This document shows, one piece after another, positions 10,403 through 22,552 of a DNA stretch of 64,000 nt (position 1 is the first letter of the stretch; every line of letters starts with the position of its first letter). The notes beneath the pieces are model-generated. The model was not told the origin of the DNA, did no database searches, and saw only the letters and a list, made by a program, of their open reading frames with translations. The translations under genes and the position numbers were made by a program. The stretch comes from Camelus ferus (lineage: Eukaryota), in contig NC_045732.1 in the NCBI RefSeq assembly GCF_009834535.1, positions 93,124,001 to 93,188,000 of the forward strand. The letters run 5' to 3'.

Positions 10403-13400
10403 CTGAAACAGTGACAAAACATAGTCCCCTTTTTGGAAAAGGAAATCTCCAGGGGCCCATCTCACCAGCCAAAAATAAATGGAAAATGACTCAATATTTG
10501 GAGATGCTTCAGATGTCCACTTACCCATAAACATACCTGTTGTTACAAGAGGCAAATTTTCTTTCTCTCTGTTCTTTTGCAGGAAATATCTTTCTATGAC
10601 CCATTTTGACCCAATATTCTTTCCATAGAGGTGCAAGTCTTATTCTCAGCTTCAGACATTTGGGCTCTTCCCCTAGGACTGCTCATGTCACTGCTCTGTC
10701 CTGAGGCCTTGGCTTCCCGCTTAACTTTGTCTGGCCCGTCAGGGCAGAGCTGAGCTCAACACTGGAGGATGGAGTAGTTTTAGACACTTGTGTCCGTGAT
10801 GGCAAGTTTTCAGCCCAAGCCAGCTTTGTCCTAACACCCTGTACACTTTCAGCTGCTCAACCTCACTGTCCTAAGTTGTGCCTAAAAATAGCCTGGGAGG
10901 GACATCAGGACAAGAGGCCAGCTGCTGCACCCCTCCTCAAAACTTAGACTGTCTTCCCAACAGAAACAAGAGATAGAGGTTACTTGCTGCCTCTCTGACT
11001 GTTGCCCACGCTGGAACCTCTTCATGCCTTAAGCTGGTTGGACAGACCACCTGGGACGCCAACTGATACTTTCTTAGTCATCCCACCCCCAACGCCATAC
11101 CCTAGGCAAAAATCTGGGCACGTAGTAAATGCTCAGCACATATTTGTTGATTGACTGATTGCAGCCATTACTTGAGGTCTGAAACTGTAATCTTCTCCGA
11201 GTGGTTCTAAGAAAATTGAAACAAAAAAGGAAAAACCCAGACTTCACCAAATGGCATTTCAAATGCCTCTGGGCCACAGGCTGGAGAGTTGGATCTCTGC
11301 TCTCTGTGGATCTGCCAAGGCCACCCTCCCTCCTCTCTGCTGTCCAAATCTGAAGAGTGGCGGGGCCTGTGCACCTGTTGGGCTTGGATGTGTCAAATGA
11401 TAGAGGCCTGGGGCTCTGTGCTGCCCCCTCCCTGCCTGATTCCTCAAAGGCCATTTAGAGGACGCTCGGCTAAAAGTGCTGCTGTTTGGGAGGGGGGTGG
11501 TTTCAGAAAACTGGATTGTTCGGAATCAGTAACAGTGATACAGAATGACAGGACTCTAGTCTCAGCATTCAGTTGGCCTAGCGCTGTCGAGCTCTAGATT
11601 AGAAGCACTCTTGAATTGCTCTCTAATTTGTTCAAACGTACAGCTTTGCATTATGCACCATTATCAAAACCAGCAGGGAACTTGAAGATTCACTTGTGAG
11701 GCCCAGAGAGGGGACAGGATCTAGCCAAAGTCACACAGCAAGTTCATGAGAGAGTTGACAGTCTCAGAACCCCTATCTCTCCATACCATGGACAGTGATG
11801 TTTCTCTTCTATCACACTGAGCACAGGTGCTTAGGGGTGGTTTAGCAGATTTATGGTGCACAACAGTGTGTTAGATTCTATGTTCCCAAGGGATGGTAGG
11901 TGCTTATAATCAAAGATTTCTAACTCTGACAGACTCACAGGGTAAGGCTTAGGAAAATAAACCCCATCACTCAATGCTGAATGGGTCAATAGTTGTTCTT
12001 AAGTCTCTTTCACTTGTGTGTGATCATATGTACCCATTTGACCTCCAGACCTACATTCTGAGCACCAGGGGGCAGGGTCCATGTTTTCTAACTCCTTGAT
12101 GGCCCTCCACAGTGTGGAACCCACAGCTAGGACACCAGTGGGGTCTGAGCAAGTGTCAATGGCTGACTTAAAGCTCCTGAGCCAGGACTCTAGGGGGATG
12201 CTCTCACAAAGCCTGGTCCCTCACCTCAGCAGTCACATGGACTGTAGTGGGTAGTCATCATGGCCCCCAGAGAATCTGCAACCAAGAATCTCAGGGAATT
12301 TGAAGTGTAACATTTCAACGTGGAGGAATTTATGCTTCTTTTATATTTTCTAAACACCTTCCTTTTCTCTCCTTGTTGCCTATTCGCCTGCCCTCCACCT
12401 CTGCTCCACAGAGGAGGCAGCTGGCTTTGGCCTCAGCCTGATCTTATTTGTAGATATGAGCTCTCACGCTAATCTCATTAAAGATGGCTTGTCATTAAAG
12501 CTTTACCCTCCCGGGAAGAATTAACCTTCTCAGTGCTAATTTCCCCACAGCTCTCATACTGCCTGAGCTTCAGAAACCTCAAATATCTTTTTCCCTCTCC
12601 CCGCTTCCCGGTATAGGAGAACCTCACCTTCTGCAAGAGAGGCACTTTTGTGCAACCAACTATTTAACGGAATCCAGTAGGGAATCCTTTGGTAATGAGA
12701 GGGTCTGTTTTTTTCAGTTTCCTAAAGTGGCACCGCCCTCATGTGATAGTGTCTGTGCTGGGAGAGAGTTGTGGGTGGGTGCTGGGGCCATCACGTTGCC
12801 CTAAAAGGGAAGAGTCTGAAGGGCAGAAGGTGGCTCCATTTTGAGCACTCTAAATATACAAACATATAAACAAATGTATAAACAAGCAGTATGACCTGAA
12901 GGATAAATTTGTGCCCTGCTTTGAGTAACACCCTGTAAACATTCAAACGGTTAGTTAATTTTAAAAGAGACATTAGCACATGATTACTCACTGCATCGAA
13001 TAATTTCTTTTTAAATTTGATCAAGTATTCCCTATAAAGAGCAAGATTCCTCTGATGCATTTAAAACCCAAACCAGTTGACAAATAATTGAAATTATACA
13101 CAACATTTCAGCAGCATTACATAGAAAGGAAGCCAAGTAAGCACTAGTTATATATGCCCTACAGACTGTGACCGCTCTGATTGCTGGAAGGGACTCTGGG
13201 AATGTCAAAAGAGAGATTGTACAAATTGTGGCTGGGCAGTCAAGAGAAGCCCTCCACAGGTTGATGTGGGCTTAGAAGAATATGTGCCTTCCTCTGCTAA
13301 CTGTTGACCATCTTCACTTAGCTTGCTGGTTACATAAGTGGCCATTCCCCAAGAAAAATGGATTAAGGGTTGTTTCCTCCGGGGGTTCAGATCACAATCC

Positions 13401-14187
13401 GGTGTGTGGGAGATTTCAGAATATACCTCCCCCCTAAAGTACTGCATGTGGTTTGTATTAATGATTTATAGCAAAGTAAATGCAAAGCAGGGTGGCAGTG
13501 GGTGGTGGAGGGCCAGAGGGTTAAGGAGTTGCACGCTGCAAATATAATGGAAAGAGCACAAGATTGGAAGTGAGGAAACTTGCATTCTCACTTTGGCTCC
13601 TCTACTAACTTGCAAGTCACTCCTGTGCTCTGAGCCCCAAAGGCCTCCTTTACCTAATGAGGGGTTCTGGAGAGGTGAAGTCTAGGACTCCTCCCAGCTA
13701 CTGTCTAGGATTTGATGATTTTAGCTATAGTCTGGAATTTCTGCTTTGGAAAAACAGCAGCTGGGTTCCTAAGAAGCTACCACCCAAAGGGATCGAGACA
13801 GCTGGGTAGGCAGTGCCTTTCGTTTCCCCTTCCCTTCTCTCTTGGCTAAATTCCTTGGTATCGGAAGGAAATCTCCACTCCCAGACTTCAAACAATCTGT
13901 TCAAATTCTGGACTCCCAAGGAAAAATTTAGAAAGCCCCTTATTCTCTGGCATCTTCCCCTTGCTTTATCTTTGTTGCACAAGAAGAGGGGCTTCCTTCT
14001 TCAGTCCAGCAGTTTAGGGTGCGATGGGGTACTGGGGAGTCACTGCTTGCCTCAAAACTATGGGCTTCCTTAAACTTCACTGTTCCTGACCGTCCTAAGG
14101 AGAAGCAGCCCTAAGCCAAGACCTATACAACCCCCACCCTATCCCACTGAAAAGGGACAGCAAAATATTCTGCTCCCTGGGACTCAC

Positions 14188-14250
14188 AAGTCTGTAGCGA
14201 TAACCGTAAGGAAAGGCCGGAGCCCTTCTGGACCGGAGCTGCCGTCTCAT
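14188..14250 (-). CDS. ATP1B4: ATP1B4 (BetaM) coding exon 1, MRRQLRSRRAPAFPYGYRYRL
   Basis: The reverse complement reads ATG AGA CGG CAG CTC CGG TCC AGA AGG ... TAC AGA CTT followed by donor gtgagt. It is 63 nt, phase 0, and matches the Arg-rich N-terminus I recall for eutherian BetaM. It is too short for the ORF track. Confidence 0.95.
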
Positions 14251-14480
14251 GGCTGGTCAGTGGGCAAAGACGCGGCAGAGGCAGGCCGGTGAGTGAGAGT
14301 TATGGAGCTTCTGCTGGTACAGGAGACACTGGTTGCTGGGGATACTTGGCGCCCAGTAAAAGTGAACCCTCCTGGCATGAGCCCTTCCCCAAAATAATCC
14401 AACATGCCCCTCTCTCATTGGTTGGCCCCTTCCCTGAATCAAAGGAAAGCCCTGATGGAAAAGCAAGCTCATCATTACAG
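14251..14480 (-). promoter_or_regulatory. ATP1B4: ATP1B4 5'UTR and proximal promoter (approximate)
   Basis: Immediately upstream of the ATG, with a minus-strand CCAAT at 14417-14421. There is no CpG island and no canonical TATA. The TSS cannot be determined from sequence. Confidence 0.45.
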
Positions 14481-15759
14481 GGAGGGGGAGATTTTCTGGG
14501 TCACGAGGATGAGCGACTCACCACCCCCAACTTCATGTCTCTTCCCACCCACTGCCCTTCCCTAGCACCTGAGCTACTATGCACCCAGTGGAAATCTTAA
14601 GTCGTGTTCTTCTGAATTGAGAGTTGGATATCAGTGTGTGCAGGGGGTGGGGCGTGGGTGGGAGTTGGGGGTAAGGGGAGATGACCAAGAATAACTTTCT
14701 TTTTTCATAAGGCTGACCTCATGCAAAAGGATCTAGGGTGTCAGGAAAGATTCCCTTAGCTCTCCCCACCCCACCCCCCCCACACCAAGCCACCTACAAT
14801 ATTCCTTATTTGTGTCAATCCGCAAGCCCCTTAAATGTAGACTATGCATTCTGATTTTAGAGGCCAGGCTCCTGCCTTACCCTTCCCTGGCCAAAAAGGG
14901 TCTTGGACATAAAGAAGCCTTTTTCTAGCCCACATGTCAGAATGGCCCCATCAGCACTGCCCCTCACACACACACCCCTTGGAATCCTGGCCAAATTTCT
15001 GTAGTGGTTGAGATCTATATTTATCCCTTAGCATCAAGGCAGGGAACAAGCCAGAACTTTGCAGTGTCAGTTTCCCAGACATATATAACTCCTGAGGCCA
15101 AAGTGGGATCCAACAAAAGAAAAATTAGTAGAAACATCCAAGAACATTGTATAGCAGTTTTAGTCTGTTTGGTTCACCCCACTGGAGCCCGGGTGGCTAA
15201 GAGGCCTAGGTGGACTTTGTGATCCTTCCTTCACAAATCCCTCCCCCTGCCCATTATACCCAGGTGACTGAGAATGTTGCAGGTAGTGGGCATATTCATG
15301 AGCAAGAAAACCATAGCCCAACAGCTTAGACAGATCAGTCATAATTCCAAGTCGAGGCTATTCTGATGAAGACAGCTTCAATAGCGGTTAATTTAAAATA
15401 AAAATTCCATTGGCTAGAACATAACTAATCAGGACTCTTCCTTAACAGAGTCCCCCTGCCCCATACCCTCATTTGAAGAGAAAGAGAACACTGACAAAAA
15501 GAAGAGAAACTCATTCTTCTTTCTGGATTTTAATGAAAGCAAAATATATTCCAGGGGATAACCTGGTCTCAGGAGACTTTGAGCTCTGTCTCTTACGCTT
15601 TCTCCATTCAAGCCTTTTGTGTGATTCCTGGTGTTAAGTAGGAGAATCTCGAAGCCCTTGGAAGCGTCAAAAGCCAAAAAAAGCATAGATAGGTAAATTG
15701 GTCTTGTTTTATGAAGGCATAAAAGAAAGTACAGTCACGTTAGCAAGATTTCAAAAGCC

Positions 15760-16278
15760 AGGAGTGGGCAGTAGCATTATTCACAATAGCGAAGATGTGG
15801 AAACAACCTAAGTGTCCTGTTAACAGATAAATGGATGAGGAAGGATGAGGAATATTCTAAAATGGAATATTCAGTCATGAGAAGGAAGGAAATTCTGCCA
15901 TTAATGACAACATGGATGGAACTTGAGGGCATTATACTCAGTGAAATAAATCAGACNNNNNNNNNNNNNNNNNNNNNNNNNNNNNNNNNNNNNNNNNNNN
16001 NNNNNNNNNNNNNNNNNNNNNNNNNNNNNNNNNNNNNNNNNNNNNNNNNNNNNNNNNNNNNNNNNNNNNNNNNNNNNNNNNNNNNNNNNNNNNNNNNNNN
16101 NNNNNNNNNNNAATAAATTCTGAGAAATCTAATGTATGACATGGTAATCGTCATTAATAATACTGTATTATATACTTGAAAGTTGCTAAGAGAGTAGATC
16201 TTAAGTGTGCTCACCATAAAAAAGAAATGGTAATTATGTGATGTGATGGAGGTGTTAGCTAACACTATAGTGGTAATC

Positions 16279-16342
<64 letters not shown>

Positions 16343-16410
16343 CGTATCAAATCACGTTGTACACCTTAAACTTACACAATGTCATGTGTCAATTATATCT
16401 CAGTAAATCC
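15760..16410 (+). mobile_element. Old L1 3' end containing a (TA)n microsatellite
   Basis: ttattcacaatagcgaagatgtggaaacaacctaagtgtcc...atggaacttgagggcattatactcagtgaaataaatcagac...tcaattatatctcagtaaa. Confidence 0.85.
16282..16337. repeat. (TA)n microsatellite, about 28 units
   Basis: Directly visible perfect repeat. Confidence 0.98.
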
Positions 16411-19006
16411 GGGGATAAAACCAAAAGTGGGAGACAAAAGGAGATTTGGAGTAATGTGAACTCAGGTAACAAAACATTCCATTCTCCAGAATTTCTCATT
16501 CCCTATCATTCTGAGTCATTTGGGGTTTGCCATATACTTAATATATTTACAGTGTATTTTAACTATAGCCCAGGCTGCCTTCTAGAATGCCAGCTGTTGG
16601 GTGGGGTAAACTAACAAAATCCCATAGGATCTCTAAGACAGAAATCTGTATGAGCTCACACTCAAAAGGCTTTAGCTAAAGGAGAAACCGTTCCTGCCAA
16701 TTTTGGAAAAAAAGCAATCTGCTTAACAGTGCAGCAGACTGGAGCCAGAAGCGGCCAGTGGGGCTGCAAATGAAGCAGTGGCTACAGAGGCAAGAGAGGA
16801 GGAGTAAAGGAGAGGCTTTGAATTTGACAGCAGGTTCAAATGCAAATGATTCAAGTCGCTAAAAGTATATGCCCAGTCCTTGTGCACAGATGTTAGCAGC
16901 TGCTTCTCTGAGCCCCCTTTCCTGGTTGCCTGCTTCAGTAAAACCACATGGTTGCTGACAGGGAACAGAAACAGTCTTATGGACTGGATCTTCCTGTTCC
17001 TAAAAGAAGGAAGAGAAGGTAGCGCTCTTGAGAGATTCTTTGCTTCTACCATGAGAGGGGCTAGTTTATGGCATCTGTTCTTGTGGGCTATTTATGCCAT
17101 ATTGTGTTTGGTAGACAGAGCCATCAAAGAGTGACTGTGTACGTTCCCTACCCAGGGATTGGCTAAGTCTTCAGGGAGTCTCTAGGGAGTCACGTGCAGT
17201 GGAGCTTAAGAGTTGTTTGCCGTTGGAGTCACCCAAGTGTTGTTGAGTGCTCTCTAGAACCCCAGTCCCTTCCAGCATTAGTGACCTTGAGGACTCTGAA
17301 GTCATGGGTGAGGAAACTCCAGGCTGGCCCAGGGCCTGAGGCTGCCCATGAATGCTGCCCGGCATAGGATGTCATCTTCGAAGTTTGTGGAGGAGAGGGA
17401 ACTCATTTGGGGCTGCAGAGATCAGGGAAGGCTTCCCGGAGTAGGCGGAGTTTGGGCTGGACCTTGAAGGGCAGTCCTTCAAGCTGGAACAGCTACTACT
17501 GGACTTTGATGATGCCAGTATGGTCCCCAGTGCCCAAAGCTCCCCCTCCTGAGCAGATAGCCTCTGAGTAGTGGCCAGCAGGCGTGTCCAGCAGGCTCAC
17601 TGGCTAAGGCCAGAGGGTTTCCTTGACCTGAATGGTCCAGATAATGGCCCCAGATCCTTACTTCACTGGGTTCCAAGAAGAACCCTTAGCACATCACATT
17701 CCTGAGCAGAGTTTCCATCTGCCGAGTACAGTTGCACAGTGAGAGATGCTTTCATTTCAAGGGACTGTGGCCCATAGGTTTGTGACTGTATAAGCCTAGA
17801 CCCCTGGGGGGAAAATGAAGGCTTGGGAAACAGTGAGGTCCTTGTGGAGTTTCAAGCCTATTTCCAGTGGCTAAAGGGCACTAATGAGTATAATGCAGNN
17901 NNNNNNNNNNNNNNNNNNNNNNNNNNNNNNNNNNNNNNNNNNNNNNNNNNNNNNNNNNNNNNNNNNNNNNNNNNNNNNNNNNNNNNNNNNNNNNNNNNNN
18001 NNNNNNNNNNNNNNNNNNNNNNNNNNNNNNNNNNNNNNNNNNNNNNNNNTAATAGCTGCTGAACACTGGGGCCCTTTATTGCCATGGTAACATTGATGTC
18101 GAGAGTCTANNNNNNNNNNNNNNNNNNNNNNNNNNNNNNNNNNNNNNNNNNNNNNNNNNNNNNNNNNNNNNNNNNNNNNNNNNNNNNNNNNNNNNNNNNN
18201 NNNNNNNNNNNNNNNNNNNNNNNNNNNNNNNNNNNNNNNNNNNNNNNNNNNNNNNNNNNNNNNNNNNNNNNNNNNNNNNNNNNNNNNNNNNNNNNNNNNN
18301 NNNNNNNNNNNNNTAAGCTAGTACGTCTCAGAAACTCAATGCACCTCTCTAACCACTTGCTTCCCTGCTGCATCAAATGGCTTTTGGCAAGCAGAGCCAT
18401 GGCACTGCAGTGGGCCCGCCAGGGCCCAGCCTCCCAGAAGCTTTGTGCTTGCTAGGTGTGCAGGGAAGAGCAGAGCAATCCAGGTGGGGCAGCCTCAGCT
18501 GGGAGAATGAACCTTGGATACACATGCCGTCAAAAGGGAGAGTCAAGGTTGGAAGAAGAGTCACTGCAGAGAAGGTCCTGGCTGGGAGCCATGGTGCTGG
18601 AAGTTTCAGTCAATCTGGAGTCGGCAGGTAGGGCCTGGGTGGAAAAGGTGATCCCTCATTCTGAGGAACTCCAGAGGAAGGAAGCAGTCTTCCAAAGCTA
18701 GAAGTTATCAGGAGGATGCATTTCACTTTATTTTATAAAAGGCCTTTGTTAAAAAAACAAAGCTGGTCACAGAGATCAGCTGCCTCTGAAAGTTAGTAAG
18801 TGACTTGTCACTGGAGCTGCCCGAACTTTGCTGTCTCAGTGTGGAGCTGTTCTAAGCATACACGGCTGGGGGTGAGGAGTAGGATGGAGGGTTTGCTAGA
18901 TGACCTCTTAGGACTCTTCCAATTTTGAAATCTTCTGTGTCTATATATGATGATGTTTAATTTGTCAGGACATACGCTAAACTTGGATGACACTTTATAT
19001 GTACAC

Positions 19007-19048
19007 GTGCTTGCTTTAACAGCACATGTGCTAAAATTGGGATGATAC
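19007..19048 (+). pseudogene. 3'-truncated U6 snRNA retrocopy (U6 nt 1-42)
   Basis: gtgcttgctttaacagcacatgtgctaaaattgggatgatac versus U6 GTGCTCGCTTCGGCAGCACATATACTAAAATTGGAACGATAC gives 34/42, and all 8 differences are transitions. There is no poly(A) tail. Confidence 0.85.
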
Positions 19049-20108
19049 TCTATATGTGTTTGTCTGTGTCTAACTCCAGCCATAGATGAAACCTTGCAAC
19101 AGGTGCAGGGATATTTTCCTGACACCTCTGTCACTAAGAAGTGGGCAACCTGAAACTAAAGCTAATTCGTGCAATAAACCCCCAAATTACAAATGACTCT
19201 TGCTGGCAGGAGAGAGTCTTGGGTGTTGTGGTTTTGTTTGTTTTGTTTTTTCCTTTCATTGCAGCGTTTGACTGGGCATACTTGCGGGAGAATTGATAGA
19301 CTAGAGAAAACTGTGGACTACACAAAGTCGGAGCACGTTTACAAGCCTTTTTTTTGTTCTGTTTATTGGGAATGGAGGGTGTAGGGCGGGGGCAAGAGGT
19401 TTTCTTGAGCTAACTAGAATCTAAGAGGTAGAATTTTCCCCTGTGACAGGCTGGACAGAGAGCTGTAAACCTAAAGACAGTCACTCACATGTGCAAAGCA
19501 CAGAAAGGGGCTGTCGGCAACGTCGGTCTTTTCTACCAAAGCCTGCAAGCCGGTTTATTATCAAGCAGCAGCGTTTCCCCACACAAAGGACAATGATATT
19601 AATCCAACCTGAACCCACTCTAGATTCAGCAAGCACCAGTCAGAAATCATAGTGGCTCTCAGCTGCCTCTTAAATCAAAATCAAATTCATAAGCAAGAGC
19701 TTAAGGTCTCTCCATCAACATCCTGCTCAGTTACTCACTTGCTGTAAGACCACAGGAATGCCAATTGATTTCTCTGTTAAACCATCTCTCCACCTTGAAA
19801 GGTAAGTCCAGTGTCCCTGCTTCCTCACTCTCGGGAATGCTGCGGGCCTAAAACTCTTCAGAGGCAAATGGCAGGAGAATTCTGAAGTCAGGTGGAATTA
19901 TTGCTCATTAGAGAGTATAGCTTAGTGTTTAAAAGCATGGGCTTTATTTGGAACTGGATTTGAATCCAGTTCTGACTCTTAATAGCTGTATAAACTTGGG
20001 GAAGTTACTTCACTTCTGTGAGCCTCAGTTTTTCCATCTGTAAACTCATTGGGTTGGCATAGGATCAAATGATATAATTTATATAAACTGCTTGGCTCAG
20101 TTCACCCA

Positions 20109-20110
<2 letters not shown>

Positions 20111-20154
<44 letters not shown>
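20111..20154. repeat. (AAT)n microsatellite, about 14 units
   Basis: Directly visible at the end of a MIR. Confidence 0.98.
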
Positions 20155-20155
<1 letters not shown>

Positions 20156-20539
20156 AAACCAACCAACTGAACAAAAATACCTCGTCATTTTTGACGGTTC
20201 TTCCTCACAAGCCCTTGACCTGAGTGGGAAAGGGAGCAAGCTTCCTCAGGTTGGAGGCAGTGCCCCCATCTAGCCTGCTAATGTCTCTCATGCTGGGGAT
20301 GTGGACCAGGCAAGAGGGAGGTGGTGTTTGGAGGTGGAGCAAGAGGTGAAAGGTGAAGGCAGACTGCTAAGCCTGAGGTATTTTGGAGGCAGATAAGGCC
20401 TTTGAGGACCCTCATTCACATCACACCTTGTAAAACAGTGGTTCAAACTTCAGTGCACTCAGGAACCACCATAAGAGCTGTTCCACCTGCTCATTCCCGA
20501 TTACTCTGAAGATTACTTATTAATTTCAAAATAAAAATG

Positions 20540-21080
20540 TACCTTTTCAATGAAGAGTTCTAGAAGACAAACCTTAAATAAGTGATCTAATTTGGCATCG
20601 CCCATAACAGGGCAGTGGCATGTGACGCTTCTGATGTAATGCAGAGAGGGAAGTGAACAGCATTGCTTCTGTAGTGTTCCTGCCAAAGATGTTTAATATA
20701 AACCCAGTTGTGAGGAAACAATCAGACAATCCAGATTGTAAACAAGACAACTAACCTGGACTCTTCAAAAATATCAATATCATTAAGGAAAAAAGCCAAA
20801 GGTACTGTTCTAGAATCTAGATTAAAAGAGACTAAAAAGAAAAGATAATCAAGTGAAATCCATGATTCTTGATTGAATCCTGAATCAGCACAGACAGCTA
20901 GGATGCTTTGGAATAATTTGAGAAGTTTTGATATGGACTCAATATTGCATAATACTATTCCATCAATGTTACATTTCTTGGATGTGATAGTGGTATTATT
21001 ATTACTCAAGAGAATGAGAGAATGCTCTTTTTCTTAGGAGACAGATGCTGAAGGATTTCAATGCAAAGTGGCACCATAAC
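20540..21080 (+). mobile_element. L1MC-like 3' end fragment
   Basis: tctagaagacaaaccttaaataagtgatc...gttcctgccaaagatgtttaat...tcaatgttacatttcttggatgtgatagtggtatt. Confidence 0.65.
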
Positions 21081-21529
21081 TGCAATTTAATTTCAAATGT
21101 TGTAGCCAAATACATACAAGTTTGTATGACATGTGTGTATCTGTGTGTGGAGAGAGAGCATGTGTGCAAATGCAAAATGTTAATTTCCAGGTGAAGGACA
21201 TGCTGGTATTCATCATAGTTTACTTCCAGATTTTTCCAAATAAAAAGCTGGGGGCAAAACATAAACCTTTCCTACAGCTCCATCCCAGATGTGCCTTCTC
21301 ATATCCCCAACACTCCCTTGCACCCCAGTTCTTATTCACCTAATATCCCCTACCCCATAGCAACAGGGGATGGTTGGAGTTAAGGAGACATGAAATCAGG
21401 GAAAGCCTCATGAAGGCAGCTACATCTGAGCTTGGCCTCCAGGGATGGGGCAGGATTTTGCTAAGCAGAGATAGCAGGAAGAGAACTTTCCAGGAAGAGG
21501 CAACAGCTCGAAAGAAGCTTGAAGAATGT

Positions 21530-21720
21530 AGAGCAGAGGTCCTCAACTTTAGTGAACACTCATGTTCATGTGAGGAGCTTGTTAACTATGCAGATTCTCT
21601 GATCCCAACTCCAAAATTCTGATTCTGTAGGTCTGAAGTTAGGCCCAGAAATTAAAAGGTTTAAAAAGCACTAAGGTAGATCTGCGGCAGCAGTTTGAGG
21701 ACCATGATTTGGGAAACACC
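21530..21720. mobile_element. MER5-like hAT-Charlie element
   Basis: cagaggtcctcaacttt...atgcagattctctgatccca...attctgattctgtaggtctgaagttaggccca...tttgggaaacac. Confidence 0.65.
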
Positions 21721-22460
21721 AGCATGGGCGGTTGCCTGTTCCACATACACAGAGGACTGGCCCTGTCGCTCTCTTGTTCAGCTCAACCTCTCATGGGTTA
21801 ATTGTCACCAAGGCCGACATTCACCTTCAAAGAGAAGTCCTCTATACTAGGTCTGTTAGTCACGGTGTCTGCTGTGTCCAATACTCTGCTCACTGCCTCC
21901 TGGTCAGGAAAGCAAATCCAGCTAGTTGTGGCATAGGGGTGACCTCGACTGTACCAGGAATGGGCCCCATAACTTGATGACAGTTGAGGTCACCAGACGC
22001 AAAGAGTACTGTCCAATAGGATTGATAGTAACAAGCTAAGGCAGTCAGACCAGGAACCTGTGGAAGTGTTCCTATAGACTGCAGAGAGAATTTTCCAGTC
22101 AATGGCAAAAGGAGAATAGAGCAGGCTTAGAGAGGGCAGCAGGGACGTTAGACAAGATGAAGGGAGCAAGACTCAATGACTAGAGCTGCTTTGGAATTTA
22201 ATAGTTTTCTAGGCTTGTGTATCCTCACCATAATCTTGTCTTGAGGTATCCTAAGTCAACCTTTTATCTATGATAAAAGGATTAAATGAATGCGCCTTCT
22301 GTGAGGCTCCCAGTTCTTAGAGAACCACTAATGCTCACACTGAAAAGTGTCTCTGGGGCATGCTGCTGCTCACCAGAGTTGCTAGCACGACAGAAGCAAG
22401 ATAACTGTTTTTGTCTCTTGGCTCTTCAAACAGACATACAACTCAAGAAAAGAAGCTCTG

Positions 22461-22552
22461 GGGCAGGGCCAGTATAGCTCAGTGGTCGAGCACATACTTA
22501 GCATGCAGGAGGTCCTGGGTTCAATCTCTAGCACCCCAGTTAACAAGAGAAA
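22461..22552 (+). mobile_element. Camelid-type tRNA-derived SINE (Vic-1-like)
   Basis: Head with A box (tagctcagtgg) and B box (ggttcaatc), and an A-rich tail. The flanking direct repeat is aagaaaagaagctctg (22445-22460) / aagaaaagaaaccctg (22553-22568), 14/16 identical. Confidence 0.85.

Noticed and set aside
10127-10530. Plus-strand ORFs 10127..10372 and 10240..10530 (Leu/Phe/Pro-rich)
   Set aside because: They are antisense shadows of the low-complexity Glu-codon tract in ATP1B4 exon 2.
22461-22540. Functional tRNA gene
   Set aside because: The acceptor stem is disrupted, and the A-tail and TSD indicate a SINE.
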